Shown: positions 35,806 to 47,459 of the stretch, piece by piece
Position numbering within the stretch: the stretch's first letter is position 1
Layout: each line of letters starts with the position of its first letter
DNA from: Centroscyllium fabricii
Lineage: Eukaryota
Length of the DNA: 64,000 nt
Direction of reading: 5' to 3'
NCBI GenBank assembly: GCA_051313645.2
Contig: JBNRSN020000034.1
Span: 23,994,001-24,058,000, forward strand
Program-made: the position numbers and the translations under genes
Notes under the pieces: model-generated
Database searches by the model: none
The model's input: only the letters and a program-made list of their open reading frames with translations
Told to the model about the DNA's origin: nothing

Positions 35806-37752
35806 CTCTAGCATTTTCCCCACTACCGATGTCAGGCTTACCAGTCTATAATTCCCTGCTTTTTTTCTACCACTTTTTTTGAATAGTGGGGTAACATTAG
35901 CTACCCTCCAATCCATAGGTACTGTTCCATAGTCTATCAAGTTCTGGAAGATGACCAGCAATGCATCTACTATCTCCAGGGCCACTTCCTTAAGTATCCT
36001 GGGATGTAGATTATCAGGCCCTGGGGATTTATCGGCCTTCAAACCCGTCAATTTCCCCAAAACCATTTCCCTACAAATATTGATTTCTATCAGTTCCTCC
36101 CTCTCATTAGTCCCTATGTTTCCCGACATCTCCGGGAGGTTATTCGTGCCCTCCTTTGTGAAGACAGAACCAAAATATGTATTTAATTGGTCTGCCATTT
36201 CTTTGTTCCCCATTATAAATGCCCCATATTCTGACTGCAAGGGACCTACGCTTGACTTCACTAATCTTTTTCTCTTCACATATCTATAAAAGCTTTTACA
36301 GTCAGTTTTTATGTTCCCTGCAAGCTTACTTTCATAATCTATTTTTCCCCTCTTAATTAATCCCTTTGTCCTCCTTTGCTGAATCCTAAACTGCTCCCAA
36401 TCCTCAAGTTTGCTGCTCATTTTGGCCAATTTATATGTCCTCTCTTTGGATCTTATGTTATCCCTAACTTTCCTTCTATGCCACGGTTGAATAGCCTTTT
36501 TTGATTAATTTTTATGCCAAATTGGGATAAACAAATTCTGTAGTTCATCCATGTGATCTTTGAATGTTTGCTATTGCCTATCCACCGTCAACCCTTTGAG
36601 TGACATTCCCCAATCAATCCTACTCAACTCACATCTCATACTTTCATAGTTTGCTTTATTTAAATTCAGGACCCCAGTCTCTGAGTCAACTACTTCACTC
36701 TCCATCTCAATGAAGAATTCTATCATATTATGATCGCTCCGACCCAAGGGGCCTCGCACAACAAGATTGCTAATTAATCCTTTCTCATTGCATAATACCC
36801 AGTCTAAGATGGCCTGATCCCTAGTTGGTTCCTCGACATATTGGTCCGGGAAACCATTCCTTATACACTCCAGGAATTCCTCATCCACAGTATTGTTACT
36901 AATTTGGTTAGCCCAATCTATATGTAGATTAAAGTCACCCATGATAACTGCTGTGCCCTTATTGCACACATCTCTAATTTCCCTTTTAATGTCATCCCAA
37001 ACCTCTGGTGGGCACAGTTGGATGTATTCCAGGAGGTTCCATCACATGACCTCCAACGCTCCACCCCCACCATTGGTTGCCCAACACGTCCATCCTCGTG
37101 CCCTCCCTCACCACACCCCGACACCCCTCACCCCACCTCCCCAGCCAATTGCAAAGCAAACATACTCTTCGTTATCTGATTGGATGATTCTTGGCTGTCA
37201 ATCAAACAACCTTCCTACCCCACCCCCATCTGCAATATCTTTATAACTAATAAATGAAAGTGTTTAAAGAAAATGAAACGATAGCACAATTTATTTAATG
37301 GCCCCAATGATCTTACTCCGGGAGATAAATCTTCCATTGCTGAAGACTCCAGGTCACTTCTGGAGGTTTGGCAGCCCGAATGGTGGGTAAGGACAGTATC
37401 GGGTCTGGCTGTGAAACCGCACAGTCGGATTAGCTGCCGACACTCTCTCAGCTCATAGAAAGAGTGGCTGCTTGGGGAAGGTGACCAAGTGCGACTGGCA
37501 ACTGTGCCTCCGTGTACCCCAGCACAGCTCAATAATTCGGGAGAAGAGAGGCGACACCAGCGGGAAGGAGAGGAATCAGCTCCATTCAATTTCATCGCCA
37601 GAAGTGCCGCTAACGTCTTAAAATGGCTGATGGAGATATTAGTTATTTTAACATGGACATTAACCATTTTCTTTTAAATGGTTAAGTGAAGTGGTTAAAA
37701 CAGCAGACAGAGGAATCTCATGTGAACAGCACAAGCATTTGCCCACTAATTT

Positions 37753-37972
37753 ATAGAATCATACATTACAGAATGAGGCCATGAGGCCCGTCCCGGCTCT
37801 GTGAAAGAGCTCTCCAATTAGTCCCATTCCACCGCTCTTTCCCCATAGCTCTGCAAATTTTTCCTTTTCAAGTCTATATCCAATTCCCCATTGAATGTTA
37901 TTATTGAATCTGCTTCCAGCACCATTTCAGGCAGCGCATTCCAGATCATAACAACTCGCTGCGTAAAATAAA
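37753..37972 (-). mobile_element. CR1 LINE 3' fragment
   Basis: Minus translation YFTQRVVMIWNALPEMVLEADSIITFNGELDIDLK..YGERAVEWD. Confidence 0.8.
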
Positions 37973-38572
37973 TTGTCATCAACCTCCCACCGCCCCCGAG
38001 ATCGTGGTGCGGACAACAGCCAGTATTACAGACATTATTACACATTACAGATCCTTGATTACCAACAGGAATGCTGAGATCGACAGCCCCTGGAATTTCA
38101 GGCCCACATTCTGGATGTCGTGTAGATTTAATTACTTTTCCCTTTTTTGTTTTTTTCTTCTGTACCAGTTTTGAGAAAGAGCTACCTCCATGCAGCGCAC
38201 TTCCCCCGCCCCCCGACTCCATTATCATCGGGTGCTGGTTCACCATACTGACTTCAATGGAGAGTAACATTCAAGCGGGGTGTAAAACCAACGTGGTACC
38301 CTAACTTGTCCATTTCCCAATGGGCAGGTTACGTTAAAATTGTCTCCGTTATGAGTCCACTCTCTAAGATCCGAGTTCAAAAGGCATTGGTGTAAAAATG
38401 GCCTTTAAAGTGCTTTAAGCTGGCTCTGCAGGCTAACAAGAGGGGTACATCATCTTCAAAGCAACAGTGTTCAAAACTCAGGAAATAAAAGCATTGCCAC
38501 GCCATGCAAGTGCTCTCTGCCAGTGCAGAGTGGCATTAATGAGTTGTCCCAACTGGCGGCATCCAGCATTAT

Positions 38573-39215
38573 GGGGGAAAAATTGGGTTGCTTGCGCCAG
38601 CCGTTAGCGCTCTAGGAGGGCTGCTAATGGGGCGCAAGGCACCTAGCGCCTGGGCTGGCGCCTCCCATCATATTCAGCGGGGCGCTGGCGGCGGCGGCAG
38701 CCGGTAGAGCCCTGAGGCGCTGCGTCACCGGTGATGACGTCATCGCTGTGCGCAGTGCCTCGCTCGCGCCCCAGCCTCAAACTTCACTCGCGCCCACTGA
38801 TTTAGCGCCGAACGCTGTCAACAACAGGGTCAAGGGGACACAGTTGCAGCCGGGCCAGCGCTATTTAAAGGGGGGGGTGCCGGTTGGCCATTTTTCTTGC
38901 TGGCCGCCTGCCAGCATCTGCCTCCTCTGCCGTCCCCTGCCTTCCCTGATGACCCCCCGCGGAGTGCTGGCTGTGCTGCATGAGCCCGGCACTTCCCTCG
39001 AGTGCCGGGCTCCTTTGCCGGCACTCCGATCCCCAGCGGTCCAGCGGGGCTCCGGGCCACTCCCCTTTAAGAAGGGGAGGGAGGCCTGCAATACCGTGGC
39101 CTGCTGCAGAGCGTTGCGCAGCAGCAGGCAGTGGCCCAAGCTTCAGTCGCGGCGCCCCACCTCCTACTTTCAGGCGCAACGGCGCAAACTTTTTCGGGCC
39201 GCTAATTTCTGAGGC
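38573..39215. mobile_element. Probable GC-rich non-autonomous DNA transposon related to the GGG..AAATT MITEs
   Basis: Sharp GC-rich island that starts GGGGGAAAATTG and ends AATTTCTGAGGC (imperfect TIR). No credible ORF. TSD not clear. Confidence 0.45.
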
Positions 39216-39340
39216 TAGCACCCCTGTGTACTGTTCGTTTTGGCTTTTATTTGCCTGCAACAATGACTGACACGGTTCGAGACATAACATAGAGCAGGGG
39301 AAAAATGAGGCGATAATAGTATAGGAAGGAGAATGTGCTT

Positions 39341-39539
39341 GAAGGCCAGCTCATTAAACATATTTAAGAGGGAATTAGATATATTTCTGCAGGCAAAAGG
39401 GGTTAAAGGTTACGGAGAGAAGGCAGGGACGGGATACTGAACTGAAGGATCAGCCATGATCTCATTGAATGGCGGAGCAGGCTCGAAGGGCCGAATGGCC
39501 TACTCCTGCTCCTATCATCTATGTATCTATGTATCTATG
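39341..39539 (+). mobile_element. CR1/HER1 LINE extreme 3' fragment
   Basis: FKRELDIFL..KGYGEKAG, then the HER1 3' stem (GGCTCGAAGGGCCGAATGGCCTACTCCTGCTCC) and an (ATCTATGT)n tail. Confidence 0.85.
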
Positions 39540-40725
39540 AAAACACACACTGCACGTTTTTTGGGAAAAACAGACTGCTCCTTGCCAGTTCGCAAGCTGT
39601 GCATTTCACAGTGACCCCTCCCACTGTCTCCCAGTCGTACACCATTTGGCCCCGGTGATGATTAGCTCACGCTGAAAATAATATTCATTTGCCTTCAACG
39701 CTCACAGCTGTTCTCGGGCTGACCAGCAAGACCTTGACTGGGTTTTAAATTGGTCCATTTAGAGGATATCAAGACAACAGCAAGGTGGCGTGCCCTTTCT
39801 TTATTACTGCGAGGTCGCTCCAGAAAAAATCTTGTCGAGGTCGAAGCACGGCTGTGAAACCCCTGGATTCGGAACTGAGAGACCTAATTCCATAACAAGG
39901 CTTCTCCTTGCTTGTCTGCAAATTGTACCGCAGACGTGCATTAATTAGAGCTGGCTTCAACACACCGTGTTCCTCATTAATATCCACTGTCCCTGGTGCC
40001 AGACACGGATGGGGGGCGGGGGGAGGTGGTGGTCAGATTGCATCATCCTTTATTGCCTATCATGGAGGGCTCATCGATTTCCTTTTGCGAAGGATGGGGG
40101 AGAGGATATGAACACCGCCTGCTTGTCCATCTGCGAGGCTGACACTTATTGATTTGTACTAGTTTCCCATCTGTCCCCAGCAGTGTGCAGGGGCATCAGG
40201 GTCACAAGACAGCTTGCTTCATCACTGGTCTAAGGGTCTCCCCCCACCTCCCCTCCCACCCCGCCCCCCCCGCAACTCTGCCTCTCTCACACGCACACTC
40301 CCACCTTTACCCCACATATGCCACACCTCTTCCTTTTTCTTAAGTCAAATTGTTTATCTCGCCTTTTAAAAGCATTGTTTTGATGCAAATTCAGTTTGTG
40401 TGCATTCAGCCCACAGTTATACAAGGAATAGCTTAATGGAATCCACAGGCCGTCTCTCCAGTTCATTCTCCCAGCCTGCCGATATATAATCTTTCCAAAA
40501 TTACAGGATACTTTTCCACCCTTTGTCTGTGCTAGAATTTTGCTGCATTGTGGGATGTGATCCTCAAATCCTTGGATCCCATGTAATGACCTTTATATTG
40601 TAGTTTTACACAAACGACACCATTAGATCATGGACCGAGGTCCGGGCCAATTGCTCCGATTTCAGTCCAAATGCTTAAATTCCAGCTGCCCTCCCACCAG
40701 CCCCCCTCCCCACCCCCACAAAGCT

Positions 40726-41121
40726 GGGGGACTTGAACACATAATTCTTGGCTGACACCCCGGAGCAGCACTGAGGGGGTGCTGCACTGTTGGAGGTGCC
40801 GTCCCGTTATTCAATCGAGTGAGCCGCCTGCCTACTCCACTGGCTCGGGTAGGCATTAATCCTGTGGCACAATTCAAAGCTGAGCAGGGAACTCGCCTGT
40901 TGCCTTGGACAACAGTCCTCCCTCACCCCAACTGCAAAAAGCAAATGAATCTGCCCCTAATTGTATGCTTTGTGTGGGCTCTTGCTGTGTATACAATGGA
41001 TACTGTGCTCACTTACATAAATACGGTCACAACACTTCAAAGCATTTAATTGTATGTAAAGGACTTTGGGACCTTTCTGACAGACACGACGAGGCGCTAC
41101 ATAAATGCAAGCTCTTTCTTC
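40726..41121 (+). mobile_element. Old Deu/SacSINE1-like SINE with L2-type tail
   Basis: GCTGACAC..GCAGCACTGAGGGGGTGCTGCACTGTTGGAGGTGCCGTC core, recognised from memory, and a GGCGCTACATAAATGCAAG terminus shared with the L2 copies. Confidence 0.6.
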
Positions 41122-41935
41122 TATTGTTTCTCGGCTTTCTTTCACTAACAGCAATTTATATAAAGCCCTTCACATTGTTTGGGACACAAACCAGAAAGTA
41201 GGAGAGAAGTTAAGGGTGGTAACAGGGCAGTTTTGAGGTGGCCATTTTTTGAACGGAAGGAGAAGGGGGGCAAGAGAAAAGGTTTATGAGGAGAATCCCA
41301 GTGTGCCCGAGGATCTGTTGGCTGCAAAGAGGGCACACAGCAGACCAGAGTCAGAGACGAGTTGTCTGCAGCATTGGTTGGAAAGATCGAAAGAACTTGC
41401 ATTTCTATAGTGTCTATGTTTCTATGTTTCACAAACTCAGGATGGCCCAAAGTCCTTTCCAGCCAATGTAATACTTTTGAAATGTAGTCACTGATGTAAT
41501 ATCAGAATTGATAGAAGAGCATAACGATTCACTCGAATGGGCTCGCTCTAATTTTAAGATTACGCCCCCTCATTCTGGAATGCCCCCAGAGGAACTGAAA
41601 ATCGAGTGAGGGGTTCTGTAATGACCTGCCGATCTGCTCTGCCCAGCCAGTGAAGACGAATATCTCCCCTCCTGTGCTCAAACAGGGAGTTATTAATAAT
41701 CGGCCAATCTGGGGGTTGTGACTTAGAAAGTCGTAATGTCAAATCGGTGGAAAGATTACTGGGGTGAACAGAGCTCCGGATTTGACCGTATATTTCTCCC
41801 TCATTCACTTTTCCCTGGCCACCCCAGATACTCACACAACCCTCTCTGGCCAAGCCCCACACTCCCCCAATTATTACTCCTTTGCTGGTCTGGAACAAGC
41901 CATTAAGATTGGGCCTATTTCCTACCCTCAAACTC

Positions 41936-42465
41936 CACAGCAGCTTGCATTTATGCAGCATCTTTATAGTGGTGAAACAACCCAAGGCGCTTCACAGGAG
42001 CGTTATCAGATAAATAACTTTGACACCGAGCCTTATAAGGAGATATTAGGGCAGGTGACCTAAAGCTTGGTCAAAGAGGGAGGTTTTAAGGACCATCTTA
42101 AAGGAGGAGAGAGAGGCACAGAGGTTTAGGGAGGGAATTCCAGAGCATAAGGCCTTGGCAGCTGAAGGCACGGCCGCCAATGGTGGAGCGATTAAAGTCG
42201 GGGATGTGCAAGAGGCCAGAATCGGAGGAGCGCAAAGATCTCGGGGGATTGTGGGGCTGGAGGGGATTACTGAGATAGGGAGGGGGGGGCGAGGCCATGG
42301 AGGGATTTGAAAGCAAGAATGAGAATTTTGAAATGGAGTTGTTGCTGAACCAGAAGCCAAGGTAAGGTCAGTGCGCACAAGGATGATAGGCAAGCGGGAC
42401 TTGGCTCGAATTAGGTCACGGGCAGCCAAGTTTTGGATGAGCTCAAGTTTCCGGAGGGTGCAGGG
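41936..42465 (-). mobile_element. L2-clade LINE 3' end
   Basis: Minus translation RSLRSSDSGLL..STIGGRAFSCQGLMLWNSLP..SSFKMVLKTSLFDQAL. Colinear with 2533-3075. Confidence 0.85.
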
Positions 42466-44267
42466 TGGAAAATTAAAATTCCCTAGCTGTAAAAAGACAC
42501 TCCAGAAAAAGTGGCACGACAGTCAACCCAATATATCTGCCCTTGAAACATCCGAATCTGGATGACAAAATGTGATTCTAATGCAAAATATAATTTTTGC
42601 TGGATTTTACTTGGCTATAATTACATCAAAGTCACATTGATTGAGCCATAACACTGTCAGTCACAACAGCTGAAAGGCAGTTGCACAGAAGTTGAAGAAG
42701 GTTCTATTAATTACAATCCCTCACAGCATAGCAATGAGAACAGTCTGTACGTTTCCCAACGTGATTTACTATCATTCATGCCATTTAAACGGGAACATTT
42801 GCAATAAGATTTTCTTTAAGTGACTGTAACACTGAACTAAGGCTCATTTATTATTGGATTAAATATGCATTCCTTTCCTCCTCTCCCCTTGGAAAGAAGC
42901 TTCTTGTGACTCTCTTGTTACCGTCACTGAGCCATGTAGACCAGAAAGGTCCTGGGTTCAAGCCATAGCCTGGCCTGTGGTGGGCTAGCTGGTCCCAGTC
43001 AGGTTGGCAGTAGGGGCACTTAAAGTTGCTTTCAGTGCCATTGGGCTAATGAATGTGACATGGGTAAAAAAAAGAAAACCAGCTAGGGCATGGTTACCTG
43101 GTGCTCTTTTCCTGGGGCATCTTTTACAGCTCAGGAGTGAGGGCAGACAGCAGGCCCAATTTTAAGAGCTTGCTCCAAACCAGCTCCTGATCGGAAGGCA
43201 CAATTCCTGCTGGGAAGGGTGCCAACTGTGGGCGTCAGGGTGAGGACAGGTGTGGCCGTGATGCCCTCATGGCCGAACAGCACGCCGACGCTCGTGAGGG
43301 CTCGCACATTTGGATGGTCGGCAAGACTGCCCCCCCAGTTTTGGGCGAGGAAGCGCGATCGGTTAAGAAAGGGGGGGATAAAAAACCGGAAAGAAAGAAA
43401 TGAGCCCTCCTCCCTCCTGTCCGCCAGATCAGAAAGCAAAATGATTTTTTTTTAAATTCCAGCATCTCGGTTGCAAATATTTTTTGACACAAGTTCAAGA
43501 TTATTATTTTTCTGTCGCAATCAAAAGAGAAAGAGGGGGCAATTAACCATTTGCAGAGGAATCGCAACGCAGGACCCCATAATGGTGTCATTTGCACTCC
43601 AGTCACAAGTGCCTAACGCTGAATCCTCCCCGTAATTAGGGAGATACACTGTACTGGCTCAGTGACTAATTAGCAAATTATGTTGAAAATAGCATCCTCC
43701 TAATTAACCGTTATTATGGCATTTTCTGAAGTTGTGGCTTTAATTAGCGAGAACCTGATGCATGCGCTTTCAAAATTGCGTTAAAAACATGATCAATAAG
43801 CACTAGAGATTATTATGAAGCGAAAAGCACGGGCAGCTGATTAATTTGCTTTATGCAAAGTTGCTGTGTATTTAATAATATTTTATCTGAGTTGCAAGAA
43901 GCAGGTATAATTCGGTTCCATTAGAAATCGCTGCTATTCATTAGCACAACTAGCTTTGTGTCGGTCCAATCAGAACTCGATTTTTTGGGCTACAACAGCA
44001 TCAAAGTCAAGTGCTGAAAGTTTTAATTAACTGACACTAATGAGGTCATTGAAACTGATATATCAGCAATTCAGTACACCGTTAAATGTGTTTATCCAGG
44101 GACTTGTCAAAAACATTTCTTTACCACAAATATTGTCCATTAAAAGTTTGCTTCTTGTTTCTCTGGCTCTAGTGGCGGCACTGAACAGCTTTCTGATGCC
44201 AAGTCTTTATTTGCAGTTTTTTTTTTTCTCCATCATTTCCCCTACATGCTGCACGGCATTGATTCTC

Positions 44268-45406
44268 TCACTGGCTCAATTTCCCTCCATGGCCTCGTCC
44301 CTCCCTATCTCTGTAATCTCCTCCAGCTCTGCAACCCTCTGAGATCTCCACGTTCCTCCAATTTTGGCCTCTTGAGCATCTCCGATTTTCATCGTTCCAC
44401 CATTGGTGGCCGTGCATTCAGCTGCCTCAGCCCTAAGCTCTGGAATTCCCTCCCTAAACCACTCTGCCTCTCTCTCCTCCTTTAAGACGCTCCTTAAAGC
44501 CTACCTCTTTGACCAACTTGTCTTAATGGGCCAGAAATTCCAGTCTGCCCATATCGGGTTAAAGCTCTGCGAGCGCACCAGAGCTTAAACCCGCAGGAAG
44601 CAGCCGGTAGCGCAGCTTCGGGTTTTCCTATGCCGCCCAGCGGGGGGGGTTGGAGTTCCTGCGAGGTCCAGCGCAGGAAGCAACGAACTACGGGTGCGTC
44701 CAGACATTCCAATATTTTTTTTAAGTTTTTCTACGGACCAAGACCAGGATTTTCTATGCTGGGAAAAAGCAGTCGTAAGCAGCCGTTTTTATCTGGTGTA
44801 TATTTTATTGATTTTAATTGTTGTTTTTTCAGGTTTTTAATTGTTGATAACTTTAAAGACAGGTAAGTATTTTTTTTAGACCTGTTGGAAGTTGAAAAAA
44901 ATTTCTGTAAATTTTTATTTTTTCTTTAAAATAGGTTATTTGTGTTAGTTGGGGTAATGTTAAAAAATTGTGGTGTTTGTAAAATTTTATTTTTGTGTTT
45001 AGATGTCTTTTGGGCAATCTCTCCTTTCAGAACTCGCACAGATTTCTCAGTGGAAGTTTTGAACAGAGAATTGGTTCCACTGATTGGCTCCCTGCCAATC
45101 AGGTGGTCTCAAAAGCCATCTCGCACTAATTACGCCCTTCAGATGCCCATGAAACACGCACGGAGCTCTGACAGGCTGGGCTAACTGCAATTTCTGAGTG
45201 CAAAAAAGCAAAACTGAATATGGGCAGTTCAAGTGCGTTAAGCAGGTACTGCACCCGCACGAAGGCTCCACTGCAATTTCTGGGCCAATATCTCTTTTTG
45301 TGGCTCGGTGTCAAGTTTTGTTTGCGAACGCTCCTGTGAAGCACCTTGGGATGTTTTACTATGCTAAAGGCGCTATATAAATACAGATTGTTGATATTGT
45401 TGTTGA
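44268..45406 (+). mobile_element. L2-clade LINE 3' end interrupted by a MITE
   Basis: LHGLVPPYLCNLL..STIGGRAFSCLSPKLWNSLP..FKTLLKAYLFDQ. It resumes after 45287 and ends GGCGCTATATAAAT..TTGTTG. Confidence 0.85.
44528..45286 (+). mobile_element. MITE (PIF/Harbinger-like), paralog of 28214-28982
   Basis: TIR GGGCCAGAAATTCCAGT / ACTGCAATTTCTGGGCC and 3-bp TSD AAT (44525-44527, 45287-45289) inside the L2 3' UTR. Confidence 0.9.
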
Positions 45407-47459
45407 TACTTCAGCCAAGCAGCCATTCTTCATGTGTGAGGCTTGGCCGTGAATGCTATTCGACCGTGGGTGGGCATCAGAACCTCACCTGATGTCCATA
45501 CGTGTGCCCTTCCAGGAAACATTTTAAGCACCTTGGGAGGTATTACTATGATAAAGCTGCTATATAAATGCAAGGCTAGTTTGTTCTTCTGTAGCCCAAT
45601 GGCACCAAGCCAACCCTAGTAGCCCAGAGCTCAGTAAACTCAACAAGACTGAAACCGCCCTCACATGGCAAAGAACATTTATTTATGAAGCACACTGTGC
45701 ATATTACATTGTTGTTTACATTATATTCTGAAATTTACTTTGTCTAATTTATTTGTCTCTTCGTCAGCAGGGTAATGGAGATGCCACTAGAGCATGTGGA
45801 ACCATACCCCAACACGATACCCCAGGCGAGGAGGGATTAAAGAGGAGAAAATTTAATCTGAAGAAGATGCCACCTTTGCAGATAGTTATTGTATGAAGGT
45901 TCCAGTTTTGACTTGTAGTCAGTGCTTAGTTAGCTCAATACAATCCGGATAATGTGAGCTTGGGGCATTAGGTGATGCCGTCAATGGTCAAACAGCCAAG
46001 CAAGCAAAACTGAGTAGTCTTACGCTTAAATAATGCTCATGGTAGTCCAGAGTGTCTGTGAAACCATACCCCAACATCAGTCAGTGCCTTCAGGAGAGCT
46101 GGGGAGAAAACTGAGGGGGAACATAAAACAGCATAAATTTATACTTGCTTGCGCAAACTAATGTTAACTTAGAATATTTTCTTCTGCTGCTTTCTAATTT
46201 GTTTGTGGGAGGTTGAAGTCCTCAATGGATACACGAGATGCATTACCTACTTTCCCAAATATTGTCCAAGCTTCTTGTTAGGTAAGTAAGACTGATGATA
46301 ATTTACTGCCAACACATGACCTAATTGGTAACAGCCTGCGGAGTGCCTTCAATGAGAGAGTGCTCATAATTTAGTGGTCGAGTGTAAAGTAGACAGGGGC
46401 AATCTTTTATATGTGGGCTGAGGGAGGGACAGGAGGCTGGGTGGCAACATGTGCCACCCTTCAAAGCAGACAGCAGGGAGGTGTCTGGGCCTCTGGACCT
46501 TTGACCTTTGCTTTGTTTTCCCACAAGGTCTTATACCATCTCCCCCGCCCCACCCAGCAAGCTGTGAGGCTTTTTTTTGCTGTTTAAATTAGTTGCATAA
46601 ATGAATAAGTCCCATAAGTGTTTCCAAAAAGGCAATTGAGAGGTTGGTGCGTTTAGGCTAAAATGTAGCCCCGCTGGTTTAAAATTAAAACATACGCCCA
46701 ATTAAACCTTTCCCTTGTGCCCGATGACCCATGGGATAAAGTATTGAACTCACATGAAAACAGATCCTAGCCTCTGGCATTCACCTAAGCAGATCCTTTT
46801 CTAATTCCTTTTTTTTTCTTTAACAGAGGTTCCACACTGACTGAGATGTCACAAATCCTTTGAATGCTGGATTCCTCAACTTTGTACTGAAGTAACATCT
46901 TTTCCTACCACACAGTGACCCTGAACAAGTAGAGAAGTCCTGACAGCAGCCATTGAGGGTCAGGAGGTCCTGGCCGCTTATAGAGCCGCCTGTAACACTG
47001 AACAATAAGTTCTGTTGCTGATCAAGTGCTTTAAAAGATTCTCTGTGTTTTATGGTGTCCTCGCAACTGAAACAATTCACCAAAGTGTTCAGCATCAAAC
47101 CTTGGTGGACTCACTTAAGTTCACCTCTGTTAACTTGTTACCAAACACGCTGCTGAAAAATGAACAAAGTATTCACAGCTGGAAGGAGTTTCCACTTTAT
47201 GATCTAAAAACTGATTGATCACCCTAAGTTGGTTCAGTGCTTGTATTATTATTGAATTTACGCAACACTCAGCCCTTTGTGCTGAACCTCCTGATCACTT
47301 TACTGCAATGGTACCGCACTGAATCTAAAAATGCTTTAATACTGAGTTTAGTGGGGTGCTAGCTGTGCGGGTTCATGACATGCAAGACTTGCAGTCAGCA
47401 GCAAGCTCAAATTCAACTCGCCAGGTTTGCTATTGTAGACGCTTCGTCAAAGGGGTACG

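Larger units (their letters stand above)
29991..37005 (-). mobile_element. CR1-clade (HER1-like) LINE, 5'-truncated, split into 29991-30653, 31044-31748 and 35806-37005 by nested insertions
   Basis: Minus ORFs 36571..36969 (IMGDFN..LDWVL..SDH, APE), 35767..36429 (KSPGPDNLHPRILKE..GNYR), 31139..31948 part (QHGFTKGKSCLTNL..YLDFQKAFDKV..GVPQGSVLGP) and 30387..30662. Tail at 29991. The sequence rejoins as ATGGACTCT|AGCATTTTCCC across the Gypsy TSD. Confidence 0.92.

Noticed and set aside
38748-39290. GC-rich overlapping ORFs or CpG-island promoter
   Set aside because: Open frames on both strands reflect GC content. Sharp boundaries and MITE-like ends favour a transposon, and no downstream exon could be identified.
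42915-46110. Scattered old SINE-like remnants (also 1850-2140 and a DNA-transposon-like piece at 37007-37380)
   Set aside because: They look repeat-derived but are too decayed to give a family or boundaries by eye.
46800-47220. Possible host exon after the polypyrimidine tract TTTTTTTTCTTTAACAG (46827)
   Set aside because: No convincing reading frame, matching donor or recognisable protein. A non-coding exon cannot be excluded without RNA data.
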